Source: Anaerolineae bacterium (GTDB taxonomy: Bacteria > Chloroflexota > Anaerolineae > B4-G1 > SLSP01). Taken from it: a stretch of 53,357 bases of DNA. Positions 34,564-43,483 of the stretch are shown here, one piece after another. The position numbers and the translations under genes are program-made. The stretch's first letter is position 1, and every line of letters starts with the position of its first letter. The notes under the pieces were generated by a model. That model was not told the origin of the DNA, made no database searches, and saw only the letters and a program-made list of their open reading frames with translations. The stretch is from assembly GCA_016931315.1 (NCBI GenBank), contig JAFGFB010000091.1:1-53357 (forward strand). Direction: 5' to 3'.

Positions 34564-35345
34564 GCCCGGCGCATCTCCAGTTCTCGGCGGCAGAGCTCCA
34601 ATTGCACGGGCTTGTCCACATCCATACCGAGCTCGGCATATTTTGACCGCACCACACGTACCTGAATCCCAAATCCAAGTGCGGCGCGGCGCTCCAATTC
34701 CTCAACGCGCAGGCGCCGCAGCGCCAGTTTTACGAAGAACATGGGACCTAAGCGTAGCGCCTGTTTCAGGGCGTTTTTGCGATTGTTAATCAAGCTATCC
34801 CACAGCTCGGCGTGCCGGTTCACCATATCTGGTGCGATGATATGAAAATCCCCGCCTGCTAAATCTTCATTGGCGAAGTGAATGAAGGTGCGGCGCGAAT
34901 CGGGAAAGCGCGCCTCCATGATCTCACTCGGCACGTCGAAATGGTACAGATCCACACTCGGGTCCGAACACTGCGCGATGCCCCATTCCACCATCTCGGC
35001 GGTGATAAGGGGAATATCCCCGCTACACATGATGACCTGCGGCGTGATATTGCCCAACTCACGCAGTTTTGCCAGACCCGCCACCCCGTTCTGAAAGAGC
35101 GACCCGGCATTGGGCACATGCGCAACAATCTTGTGTGAAGTGGCCGGTGTCGCCTGCTCCTCTAGTCCCACGATGACGATTCGCCCCACGCCCGGTGCGT
35201 CCGTGAGCGTATCCAAAACCCACTGTAGCATCGGCTTGCCCGCCAGTGGCAGGAGGGCTTTGGCTTCACCCTGCGTGAAAGCATAAAGGGGTTCTTCTGG
35301 CGTCGGGATTCCGCCCGCCAGCACCAGTGTGTCTAGCACACTCAT
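34560..35345 (-). CDS. MobA-like NTP-transferase domain protein (nucleotidyltransferase)
   Basis: 'LVLAGGIPTPEE..ALLPLAGKPMLQWVLDTL' is a nucleotidyltransferase N-terminal signature. An ATGA overlap joins it to the upstream gene. Confidence 0.65.
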   Translation of the reverse strand: MSVLDTLVLAGGIPTPEEPLYAFTQGEAKALLPLAGKPMLQWVLDTLTDAPGVGRIVIVGLEEQATPATSHKIVAHVPNAGSLFQNGVAGLAKLRELGNITPQVIMCSGDIPLITAEMVEWGIAQCSDPSVDLYHFDVPSEIMEARFPDSRRTFIHFANEDLAGGDFHIIAPDMVNRHAELWDSLINNRKNALKQALRLGPMFFVKLALRRLRVEELERRAALGFGIQVRVVRSKYAELGMDVDKPVQLELCRRELEMRRA

Positions 35346-36247
35346 GGATTGAGTTCCTGAATCTGTGGGTAAAGCGCCAGCGCTTCAAACATCTCCAGCA
35401 ATTCCTCATGAGTCAGGCGCCGCCCCTTGCCCGCGACGGCAGTCAGGGCAGCTTCGAGCATGTTCGTGCCGAAAGAGCGCCCTTCATAACGTGGGGTAGT
35501 CGTAACAAGATAGCGCACACCGGCTTTGCGGAAAATCTCCACATCGGCTTCGGTCGTGGTGTTGGTAAGGACGGTTTTCCCCGGGAGTTCCGGTGGCATA
35601 TACCGGCGCGTGTAATGGCAATCCCCAGCGATGAGTGTGGCCCACTGGTACCAGCGGGTGAACTTGGGTGTGGAGGCGTGTTGCTTCGCGCCGATAGGGA
35701 CAATCATCGAGATGGGCGCAAATCGTCCCACAAGCGGCGCCAGGATGGATGCCAGCCTGTTGACCGCGCGCAAACTGTGGAGAGCAATCGGAATGCCCAA
35801 CGCAAATTGGAGATCGCCGAAAACGGTGTCATAGCCCGCCTCAACAACGCTCTCCGCCATCCCATAACGATCCAGAGCCACATTGAGCAGGGCGCGTTTG
35901 GGTTGTAGTTCGGCACCGAGTTGCGCCTCAACGTAGGTCATGCAACGGCGTTCGATAGTGTGCTTTACGCCACGTCCGTCGGCTACGGGTGTTTTGTGCA
36001 CATCTTTGATTAACCGGTATGCCGCCCGAATGGGATAGGCATGTTCTACGGTGCCCATCACCAGGTCAATGCCGCCCATTCCGAACGCATCTACCTTGCC
36101 ATCCAGCTCGCGATAGAGTGCCATGGCTTTGGCTTCATCTCCATCGGTGCCAATACGCTCGATAACGACTTTCTCCCCTAATAATTCCACCTCCACACGT
36201 TTGTCGCGCGTGGAACTGCCTAAACTGATGCTCACCGCTCGTTTCAT
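35342..36247 (-). CDS. Conserved hypothetical protein (a family that I believe is often auto-annotated 'quinate 5-dehydrogenase'; function unproven)
   Basis: ATG 36247 gives 'MKRAVSISLGSSTRDKRVEVELLG..' and follows AAGGGG; the track start is 36349. 301 aa, soluble. Confidence 0.5.
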   Translation of the reverse strand: MKRAVSISLGSSTRDKRVEVELLGEKVVIERIGTDGDEAKAMALYRELDGKVDAFGMGGIDLVMGTVEHAYPIRAAYRLIKDVHKTPVADGRGVKHTIERRCMTYVEAQLGAELQPKRALLNVALDRYGMAESVVEAGYDTVFGDLQFALGIPIALHSLRAVNRLASILAPLVGRFAPISMIVPIGAKQHASTPKFTRWYQWATLIAGDCHYTRRYMPPELPGKTVLTNTTTEADVEIFRKAGVRYLVTTTPRYEGRSFGTNMLEAALTAVAGKGRRLTHEELLEMFEALALYPQIQELNP

Positions 36248-36430
36248 GATAATGCCCCTTTGCTGTGAAGATAATTTGGCTTGCGTTATCCTATGCCGCT
36301 TCGGCCTCGAGGATGCAAGAATTTCAAAGGTCGCGCGTTGCTCGCGCATAGGGTCTGCTAATATCCTCCTATTTTACCCCAGAAAGCCATTCTCACGAAT
36401 CTTCGGGGTATAGGGCAAATGATTGGCTGT

Positions 36431-36574
36431 GGGGTGCTTCATAACCACTATAACATACCTATCTGGCTTGGCCTGATAAGGAGTATTTGTGGGACGCGCG
36501 AAGCGCGTCCCACAAATACAGAAAAGGCCCTCTTCGTTTGTTCGCACGACCTGTTCTGGTTTCCCCGAATGATC
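36431..36574 (-). repeat. Copy E of the hairpin repeat family (intermediate form)
   Basis: The left end GGGGTGCTTCATAACC resembles the end of copy A. The palindrome at 36483-36519 has 17-nt arms and a GAA loop. The tail 'AGAAAAGGCCCTCTTCGTTTGTTCGCA..GAATGATC' aligns with the tails at 8076- and 37631-. Confidence 0.6.
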
Positions 36575-36625
36575 TACCGGAATCCCGAATTTGTGGATGA
36601 GTGTGGTTGCTAAGCCATCCCAGTG

Positions 36626-37420
36626 TCACGGTACAGTGGCTGAGGGTGGGACTGTCTTTGCCGCACGATTGAGCGCCAAAACTGCAGCGGAGTGTACCTC
36701 GAGGAGGTTCGCTACCCGCGTATCTATCCAGAAACGTACAGTTACCGCCACGGTCGAATGCCATGACCGCTCAGCCCATACGGTAGGCTCGGGGTCCGCC
36801 AATATACCGGGGACGTTCTGGATCGTCGAACGTAACTGGTCTAACCTGGCTTCTATATCACCTTCGTTTTGCAGGTTCAATGTGACTACCCGTTGCCGGT
36901 TGCTGCTGCGGCTAAAATTGGTGATGGGGTTCTCATAAACCTTGATATTTGGAATGATCACGAGCTCGCCGTTATCGGCTTTGATGGTCGTATCCCGAGT
37001 ATTGATATCCAGTACCGTGCCCGAAAACCCGCCAGCATTAACGTAGTCATTCACAGCAAAGGGCTGGCGAAGCATCAATAACACCCCCGAAACGAAGTTG
37101 CGGGTGATATCTTGCAATGCGAAACCAATGGTCAGCCCCGCCACCCCCAGACCGGCAAGAAAACCGGTCACATTGAAATTCACCTGTTCAAGCGCAACAA
37201 TAGTGCCCCCGATGATGACGCCCCAGCGGGTGATTCTTGCCATAAGACGGGGAAGCCCTTGCGTCTCTACCCGCCGACTCAACCCCCGGTGTACAGCTTT
37301 GGCTGCCGGCCTTGCCAGCAAAAGGGCTGCACCAAACGTCAGCAAAGCGACAATCAACTTGGGAATGAACTGCACGACCAGAAGTAATAACTCTTGAGTA
37401 ACTTGATCTAGATTTTCCAT
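36626..37420 (-). CDS. Small-conductance mechanosensitive channel (MscS family)
   Basis: 'GLTIGFALQDITRNFVSGVLLMLRQPFAVNDYV..GTVLDINTRDTTI..G..VIIPN' is the MscS TM3/beta-domain signature. Confidence 0.85.
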   Translation of the reverse strand: MENLDQVTQELLLLVVQFIPKLIVALLTFGAALLLARPAAKAVHRGLSRRVETQGLPRLMARITRWGVIIGGTIVALEQVNFNVTGFLAGLGVAGLTIGFALQDITRNFVSGVLLMLRQPFAVNDYVNAGGFSGTVLDINTRDTTIKADNGELVIIPNIKVYENPITNFSRSSNRQRVVTLNLQNEGDIEARLDQLRSTIQNVPGILADPEPTVWAERSWHSTVAVTVRFWIDTRVANLLEVHSAAVLALNRAAKTVPPSATVP

Positions 37421-37584
37421 AACGGGCTTTTCCCCTCATGCTTTGATTGTAACTTTCAGCGGACATCAAACTAATCCTAGCATTGCTCACAACAAAGTCA
37501 AAGTTGACGGGCATAAAACAAGTCATTGATCGTAGAGTACCCTATATCCGACGTAGCATGTTTTCCTGGTTTTGCCTTACAAAA

Positions 37585-37675
37585 ATGTGTTTGGATACGG
37601 CGTCGTACCCGACGCCGTATCCAAACACATAAAAAAGATCCTCTTTGTCTGTTTGCAGAACCTCTCCCAGTTTCC
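37585..37675 (-). repeat. Short derivative of the hairpin repeat family
   Basis: Perfect palindrome at 37585-37630 with 21-nt arms (ATGTGTTTGGATACGGCGTCG) and a TACC loop. The tail is 'AAAAAAGATCCTCTTTGTCTGTTTGCAGAACC'. Confidence 0.65.
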
Positions 37676-37885
37676 ACCAACACTCTATCGTGTATCCAAA
37701 GGTAACAGGCCTCATCTCAAACGTAGCACGTTTGCCTGACTCAGTCTGAACTACCGCAATCGGATGTATCGGCATTTTGGAAGTGCGTAACCTAAAATGG
37801 GTGATGCGTGATACTTCCCATAGGGGATTTTCCCTACTACAGTGAGAGGCAATTATCATCGCCTCAGGCGAATAAGGAGCAACAG

Positions 37886-39052
37886 GTGATTCAATTAGCA
37901 GATCGAACTTGGACCATTGAGCCTTCCGTAACTCTGGCATTGTCGGCGCGAGCCAAGGCTTTGCGCGCTTCTGGTATAGATGTCTGTGACTTCACCGTCG
38001 GTGAACCGGATTTCAACACGCCGGCGCATATTCGCGAAGCTGCCAAGCGCGCCCTGGATGAGGGGAAGACAAAGTACGCGCCTGCTGGTGGTCTTCCCAA
38101 ACTGCAAGAATTGATTGCGGCGAAACTGCGCGACGAGAACTCGCTGTCATATTCGACCAATCAGATCATCGTTTCCACGGGCGGCAAGCAGGCAATTCTC
38201 AATGTTCTGTTGGCGATATTGAGTCGCGGCGACGAGGCGCTGATCCCATCTCCCTATTGGGTGAGCTATCCGGAAATCGTCAAACTGGCACGGGCGGTCC
38301 CCATTTTGATGCCCACAACCGAAGCAACGGCTTTCAAAATTACCCCCGAACAGCTTGAAGCCGCCATCACCCCACGGACGCGGGCGCTGATTCTCAATTC
38401 GCCCTCGAATCCCACAGGGGCAATTTACTCGCGTGCGGAGCTGACTGCATTGGCTGAAGTGCTGGTGCGCCATGAAGTGGCTGTGCTCTCCGACGAGATT
38501 TATGAGAAACTGCTCTATAACGGTGTGGAGCACGTGAGTATTGGCAGTCTCGGTGAAGAAATTTTCAATTTCACAGTAACCTGCAATGGCTTCAGCAAAG
38601 CCTATGCCGCCACGGGTTGGCGCTTGGGATATGCGGCGGGTCCGGCGCATGTCATTAAGGCTGCTGTTGATATTCAATCGCACACCACCTCCGGCGCGAC
38701 AACCTTTGCCCAGTATGGCGCGATAGCAGCCCTCGAAGGCTCTCAGGATGAGGTGGAAGTCATGCGTCGCGAGTTTGAGCGACGGCGTGATGTGTTCTTT
38801 GCCGGTCTGCAAACCTTACCCGGGCTGACTTGCACCAAACCGGAGGGCGCGTTCTATCTGTTCCCCAACATCGCTGCCACTGGCTTGAGCTCCATGGATT
38901 TCTCTCAGCGGTTATTGGAGGAATACCATGTGGCGATTGTGCCCGGGGCGGCTTTCGGCGCGGATGCCAATGTGCGCTTCTCCTACGCCACCTCGATGGC
39001 GACCATTGAGAAAGGGTTGGAACGGTTGCAGCGCTTCATGGAAAGGCTGTAG
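37886..39052 (+). CDS. Class-I pyridoxal-phosphate aminotransferase (aspartate aminotransferase-like)
   Basis: Motifs 'DFTVGEPDFNTP', 'LNSPSNPTG' and PLP-Lys 'NGFSKAYAATGWRLGY'. GTG 37886 lies 6 nt after AAGGAG; the track start is 37808. Confidence 0.85.
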   Translation: MIQLADRTWTIEPSVTLALSARAKALRASGIDVCDFTVGEPDFNTPAHIREAAKRALDEGKTKYAPAGGLPKLQELIAAKLRDENSLSYSTNQIIVSTGGKQAILNVLLAILSRGDEALIPSPYWVSYPEIVKLARAVPILMPTTEATAFKITPEQLEAAITPRTRALILNSPSNPTGAIYSRAELTALAEVLVRHEVAVLSDEIYEKLLYNGVEHVSIGSLGEEIFNFTVTCNGFSKAYAATGWRLGYAAGPAHVIKAAVDIQSHTTSGATTFAQYGAIAALEGSQDEVEVMRREFERRRDVFFAGLQTLPGLTCTKPEGAFYLFPNIAATGLSSMDFSQRLLEEYHVAIVPGAAFGADANVRFSYATSMATIEKGLERLQRFMERL

Positions 39053-39067
39053 CTCTTGGTACAACAA

Positions 39068-39109
39068 ACACCGTCGTTCGCGGGCTAACCTTCCCACGAA
39101 CGACGGTGT
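39068..39109. terminator. Hairpin between convergent genes
   Basis: 13-bp stem ACACCGTCGTTCG pairs with CGAACGACGGTGT around a 16-nt loop. The T-run is poor. Confidence 0.45.
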
Positions 39110-39121
39110 GCTTACCAGATA

Positions 39122-42100
39122 CTAGTCGAGCGCGCGCGCGGCTTCCAACAACTTCGCTACCTGGTATTCCGAGACTGCCTCGGCCTCAATTACCCGGCGA
39201 ACCAGATTATTGACCCGCGCAATTTCCTCCGCGGCAGCGGCGGCAGCGATATGTGGCTCGCTGAGCGTTTCCACGGTTGCCAGCAGCAACACCCACCACA
39301 ACAACTGCTCTAGCGCCTCTTTGTTGAACCACAGAATGCCTTCGTAGCGATTCACCCCCAGATAAGCCTGGATGGGGCGTTCTTGCAACATGCTGCGCAA
39401 CATCTCGTAGGCGCTATCTCCGGTCTCGGTTACCGCTGCATCCAGCCAGGCGTGGTAATCGAGCAGGATTTTGATGGTGACAGCGGCTCTCTGGGCGTCC
39501 TCGGTTTTCAGTCCGGTATCTTGCAGGGCGCTGGAGAAGACTTTCCCCAATAGCCACTCGTCCATCCAGATAGCAGTGATGGCAGTATAGTTCTCTGCAT
39601 CCATAATTTTGCCCAACGGGTGCAGGAAGAGCCACCCCAGAAGTGTCCCCAAAGTTTCCGGGTCATCGGCTTTCAGGCCCTCAGCGAGAGCGGTTTCCGC
39701 GCCGAATACCATCCGCAACGGTCGCAAGCGCATTTCGGCGTCGGTTTCAATAGCGGTGCTCTCGGCGACCTCGCCCTGCGGCGCATCTACGGTCTCGTCA
39801 ACTTCAGCAGCTTCGGCCTCTGGCTTTTCAACTAGCGCCGAAAGCGCCAGAATAGTCGCCAGTTTCTCGCGCACTTCGTGGGCAATCGCTTCGGGGTCTC
39901 CGGTCCCCTGGCTACTGATCTTAGCCGCATCCAGCAGGTCTTCCATCTTAGCTTCAACCTGGTCCGAGACACGCTCCCGGTCATCTGGGGCAGCGAAGCG
40001 TGCCTCTGCCAACCAGCGGAATGCTGGCGCGCTGATCAACATTCGCAAGGGGGCGTGCAGGGGCTCCAGGAAGAGCTCGCGGAGGGCTTCCTCGATACTG
40101 GGAACGCCGCGCCCGTGCAGATGGGCGGCTAATTGCCCGTAGTGCCCCCACTCATTATCTTGGAGCAGGTGGAAATCCACGAAGACATGGACCTGATAGG
40201 CATGGAGCTCGGTGTAAAGGCCCCGGCTGTGGAGCTCCGCGCAGTTGCGCAGGTATTCCAGGTTATGTGCCGCATCGCGGAAGACGATATACATATCCGG
40301 ACGGTTCGGAATGTCCAGCCCGTCTGCGATTGTCTTTTGTACCAGTGTTTTCTCACCATCGGCGCCTTTGATCACATAGGCAGCTGAGGTATGAATCCAT
40401 CCCCGCGTTTCTGCAAAGCGGTTGTGATATATCACCAGGGAATGTTCTCCGCCTGCTTTGTTGGTATAGGCGAAGACGTTTTCATCCACGCGGCCTTCTG
40501 GGGTATAGTAATCGAAAAGTAGATAATGGTCCACTTCGGCAAACAGGTAACGTTTATGGAGCAAGGGGAAGACCTGTTGTTCGTGGCGCGCGACCAACCA
40601 GAGGTCGGGATGCTCTTCCCAGTAGGCGCGGCGGAATTCCATACCGTATTTCTCGGCGTAACCTTCCACCTGTCCATGGCCAAACATCGGCAATCCGGGC
40701 AGCGTTGCCATGAGTGTGCAGATTCCGAAGTACTTGTCGCCCTTTCCGAACTGCTCCACGGCGGTTTTTTCATCGGGATTGTTCATAAAGTTGACATAGC
40801 GCTTGAGAATCTGCGGGTCAAATTCCAGGGTATTTTTGATGAGCTGGCGGTATTCGGCGTTCTTCTCGTCGCGGAGCATGTTCATGAAGGCGCTGTTGTA
40901 GACGCGGTGCATGCCCAGTGTGCGGACGAAGTATCCTTCCATCATCCAGAACGCTTCCGCCAGCAGCAGGGTGCCCGGGGATTCAACCGCGACACGATCC
41001 ACCACCTCGCGCCAGAATTCCTCCGGTATGGCGTCATCGAATTGCGCCTTGGTCATCCCATAATCCGCCCGTGAAGCGATATCACCACCGGTTCCAGGCT
41101 CAGGATACCAGAGCCGTTGGTAGTGGCGTTTTGCCAGCGTCATGGCGGCATCGAAGCGAATGATGGGCGAGCGGCGCGCCACTTCCAGAATGGTTTGAAT
41201 GACGGCTTCGCGCACTTCGGGATTGAGATAGTTGAGCTGTGCGGTATCATTCCAGGGCATGGATGTGCCATCGTTACCATGGTAAATGTAGCGCGCGTCG
41301 CCGGTCCAATGGTCTACCCGTTTGAACACCACCGCCGCATCGCTATGCGTGTAGTAATGATCTTCCAGATGGATGCCGACCCGTGGGTCTTCGCAGAGGT
41401 CCTCGCCATTGAAGGTGTAGCTCGGGAAAGGGCTGTAGGGCAGTTGAACGAACCAGTCGGGGTGATACACCACCCATGAGGAATCAATGCCCATATGATT
41501 GGGCACCATATCGCTACCCATGCGAATGCCCCGTTTCCAGGCACGTGCTTTGAGGTCGTTATAAGCCGCCTCACCGCCGAGGTCTTCCGCGATGCGATAA
41601 TCGTAGAGCGAATAGGCTGAGGCGACCGCGTCGGCATTGCCCATGATTTGCTTGATGCGCTTAGAAGCCTTGCTGCGTTCCCATAGCCCGATGAGCCACA
41701 ACCCGGTGAGACCCCAACTCGCCAACTTCTCCAGCTCCGCGTCGGGAATCTGGTCCAGCCGGTTGATGGGCTGCTCATACTCCTTCGAGAGCTGATCGAG
41801 CCAGACGTAGGCGTTTTTGGCGATGATGACCACCTGGGGCATCCAATCGCTATCCGGGCTGAAAGCCTCGACTTCCAACTCCTGTCCCGCAAACTCAAAG
41901 GGCAGGAGCGCCTCTGGCCCAGGCCCAAAGCCGAAGAAGGCCTTGTTTTCTTCTGCCAACAGATCGAGACTGCTCAATAATCTGTAAAGATAGGCCCCCA
42001 AGAGCGTGACCCACCGGGTGCGAATGAATTCCAACTGTGCTTCCAGCGAATGCGGCGCCTTGCGAATGGGCGCGAGGAGCATATCTACCAGGTTTTCATT

Positions 42101-42721
42101 ATCCGGTCCGAACGGTGGTTGCGTATCGAAGAAATCGTGTAAACCCGTGAGAATCTCAGAATAAGCGGGCAAGGCTTCCAGGGGCGTATCATCGAAAAGC
42201 TCCAGGAAGGGCATCCGTGCCGGATTGATATTGCTGAGCCACAGGAGTAGCAGCTCCTCGAGAACAACCTCGCGGTGGGAAGTGTCTCCCGTTGCCCCGG
42301 CGAGATAGGCTTCTGCGCTTAATGCCCCCCGATAAACGGCAGTAGTGGGATAAGTCGTCGCGAATATTGTCAAAACTTCATCGAGCGCGGCCTTGCCCAT
42401 GCGGGCTTCCAAAAAGGCGAGCGCCTGCGCCATGACTTGTGGTGCACGCTCTTGTTGGTACAGATCAATGGTATGGTGCATGATTTCATCAATCAGCCCC
42501 ATAGCGTTGAGTTGCCCGGCGCCCACCGCCTGTTCAGGAAAAGCGAGCAAATCGCGCCGGGCGTTGATCTTTTGTGCCAATTCCCGCGCCGCGTGGAAAT
42601 TGGCGAAGATAACATTGCCATTGAGGGCGAAAAGCGTGTCTTCGACCCCATAGCGATCACGGGCGTTGTGCGATATGTGGAATTCTCGCAGGGCTAGGTT
42701 ACCTGGCATGTAATCTGACAT
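39122..42721 (-). CDS. Large GH13 (alpha-amylase superfamily) protein with long N- and C-terminal non-catalytic regions
   Basis: GH13 regions are recognisable: 'SDMVPNH' (I), 'IIRFDAAMTLAKRH' (II), 'LLAEAFW' (III), 'FMNNPDE' (IV). ATG 42721 follows AAGGAG; the track start is 42817. Confidence 0.75.
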   Translation of the reverse strand: MSDYMPGNLALREFHISHNARDRYGVEDTLFALNGNVIFANFHAARELAQKINARRDLLAFPEQAVGAGQLNAMGLIDEIMHHTIDLYQQERAPQVMAQALAFLEARMGKAALDEVLTIFATTYPTTAVYRGALSAEAYLAGATGDTSHREVVLEELLLLWLSNINPARMPFLELFDDTPLEALPAYSEILTGLHDFFDTQPPFGPDNENLVDMLLAPIRKAPHSLEAQLEFIRTRWVTLLGAYLYRLLSSLDLLAEENKAFFGFGPGPEALLPFEFAGQELEVEAFSPDSDWMPQVVIIAKNAYVWLDQLSKEYEQPINRLDQIPDAELEKLASWGLTGLWLIGLWERSKASKRIKQIMGNADAVASAYSLYDYRIAEDLGGEAAYNDLKARAWKRGIRMGSDMVPNHMGIDSSWVVYHPDWFVQLPYSPFPSYTFNGEDLCEDPRVGIHLEDHYYTHSDAAVVFKRVDHWTGDARYIYHGNDGTSMPWNDTAQLNYLNPEVREAVIQTILEVARRSPIIRFDAAMTLAKRHYQRLWYPEPGTGGDIASRADYGMTKAQFDDAIPEEFWREVVDRVAVESPGTLLLAEAFWMMEGYFVRTLGMHRVYNSAFMNMLRDEKNAEYRQLIKNTLEFDPQILKRYVNFMNNPDEKTAVEQFGKGDKYFGICTLMATLPGLPMFGHGQVEGYAEKYGMEFRRAYWEEHPDLWLVARHEQQVFPLLHKRYLFAEVDHYLLFDYYTPEGRVDENVFAYTNKAGGEHSLVIYHNRFAETRGWIHTSAAYVIKGADGEKTLVQKTIADGLDIPNRPDMYIVFRDAAHNLEYLRNCAELHSRGLYTELHAYQVHVFVDFHLLQDNEWGHYGQLAAHLHGRGVPSIEEALRELFLEPLHAPLRMLISAPAFRWLAEARFAAPDDRERVSDQVEAKMEDLLDAAKISSQGTGDPEAIAHEVREKLATILALSALVEKPEAEAAEVDETVDAPQGEVAESTAIETDAEMRLRPLRMVFGAETALAEGLKADDPETLGTLLGWLFLHPLGKIMDAENYTAITAIWMDEWLLGKVFSSALQDTGLKTEDAQRAAVTIKILLDYHAWLDAAVTETGDSAYEMLRSMLQERPIQAYLGVNRYEGILWFNKEALEQLLWWVLLLATVETLSEPHIAAAAAAEEIARVNNLVRRVIEAEAVSEYQVAKLLEAARALD

Positions 42722-42915
42722 CGCTGCTCCTTTTGCGGTGATGGTGTTCTCACCATGAGATTTCTGTGTTATGCGAGAGGACTTTTGCCACAGACGATTT
42801 TTAGGATCCGGAAACACGGCTTTATAGGTCCATTGCTGGTGTGCTCGCGTTGCCTTGCTGCCGCAAAGCCAACCGCGCGCGTCACCATCATGCTCAACCC
42901 ACCAGTTGCGTAGGT

Positions 42916-43023
42916 TTAGTTCTGTAACAGAGACACCACCATACTTAGAATCATGCTTAACAGCAGGACAATCGTGATCACAACGAAAATAATCTGAGAG
43001 GTCTTTCCCCGCTTTGAGTTCAT
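42916..43023 (-). CDS. Candidate 35-aa hydrophobic micro-protein (MNSKRGKTSQIIFVVITIVLLLSMILSMVVSLLQN)
   Basis: It is below the ORF-track size cut-off. The ATG is preceded by GGGTGAG with a 3-nt spacer. It has one TM helix with a basic N-terminus. It lies about 50 nt downstream of a TGC-TATAAT box (43079-43087, - strand) and upstream of the GH13 gene. Confidence 0.35.
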   Translation of the reverse strand: MNSKRGKTSQIIFVVITIVLLLSMILSMVVSLLQN

Positions 43024-43124
43024 AATCTCACCCGGCTTGTTGGCTTATCAGGGGCATTCAAACCCCCATTACCTCTACATTATAGCACAATTTGGCTCGT
43101 TGCGACGACGCGTATATGGGATCT

Positions 43125-43296
43125 ACCCCCGGAGGCGTTTCAGTTTTGGGGCAAAAGCAAGATGACTAGCATGCAAATACCTTCTCTTTGATTGATTTTT
43201 GTGATGGGGCTTTGCCCCATCACAAAAATCAATTTTCTCCTGCGTCCCGTAGGGACGCCTGAGATTTTTACCCCATTTTACTAAGAAACCACCGCC
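43125..43296 (+). repeat. Full-length copy C of the hairpin-centred element
   Basis: It aligns with 17945-18118 along its whole length. The palindrome at 43191-43233 has 20-nt arms and a TTT loop. The second hairpin GCGTCCC-GTA-GGGACGC lies at 43242-43258. An extra end-like motif TTGAAACGCACCCGCTACCCCC occurs at 43379-43400. Confidence 0.75.
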
Positions 43297-43483
43297 TGGA
43301 CTGGACTGGGTTAAGACCGAATTGCACGCTGATGGCGGTTTCTGGTAGAACCCACCATGTCACCAGCGTGGTGGGGTGTTGAAACGCACCCGCTACCCCC
43401 TTGCAATTTTGCGTTTCATCCAGAGCGTGGTATGATGGTTGCGCGGTTAGAGACCTTGAATCTCGGAAGCCGCGGAAGAAGGT

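Noticed and set aside
37542-37940. 132-aa - strand ORF between mscS and the aminotransferase
   Set aside because: It spans the hairpin repeat at 37585-37675 and overlaps the 5' end of the aminotransferase gene. It has no SD site or motif.
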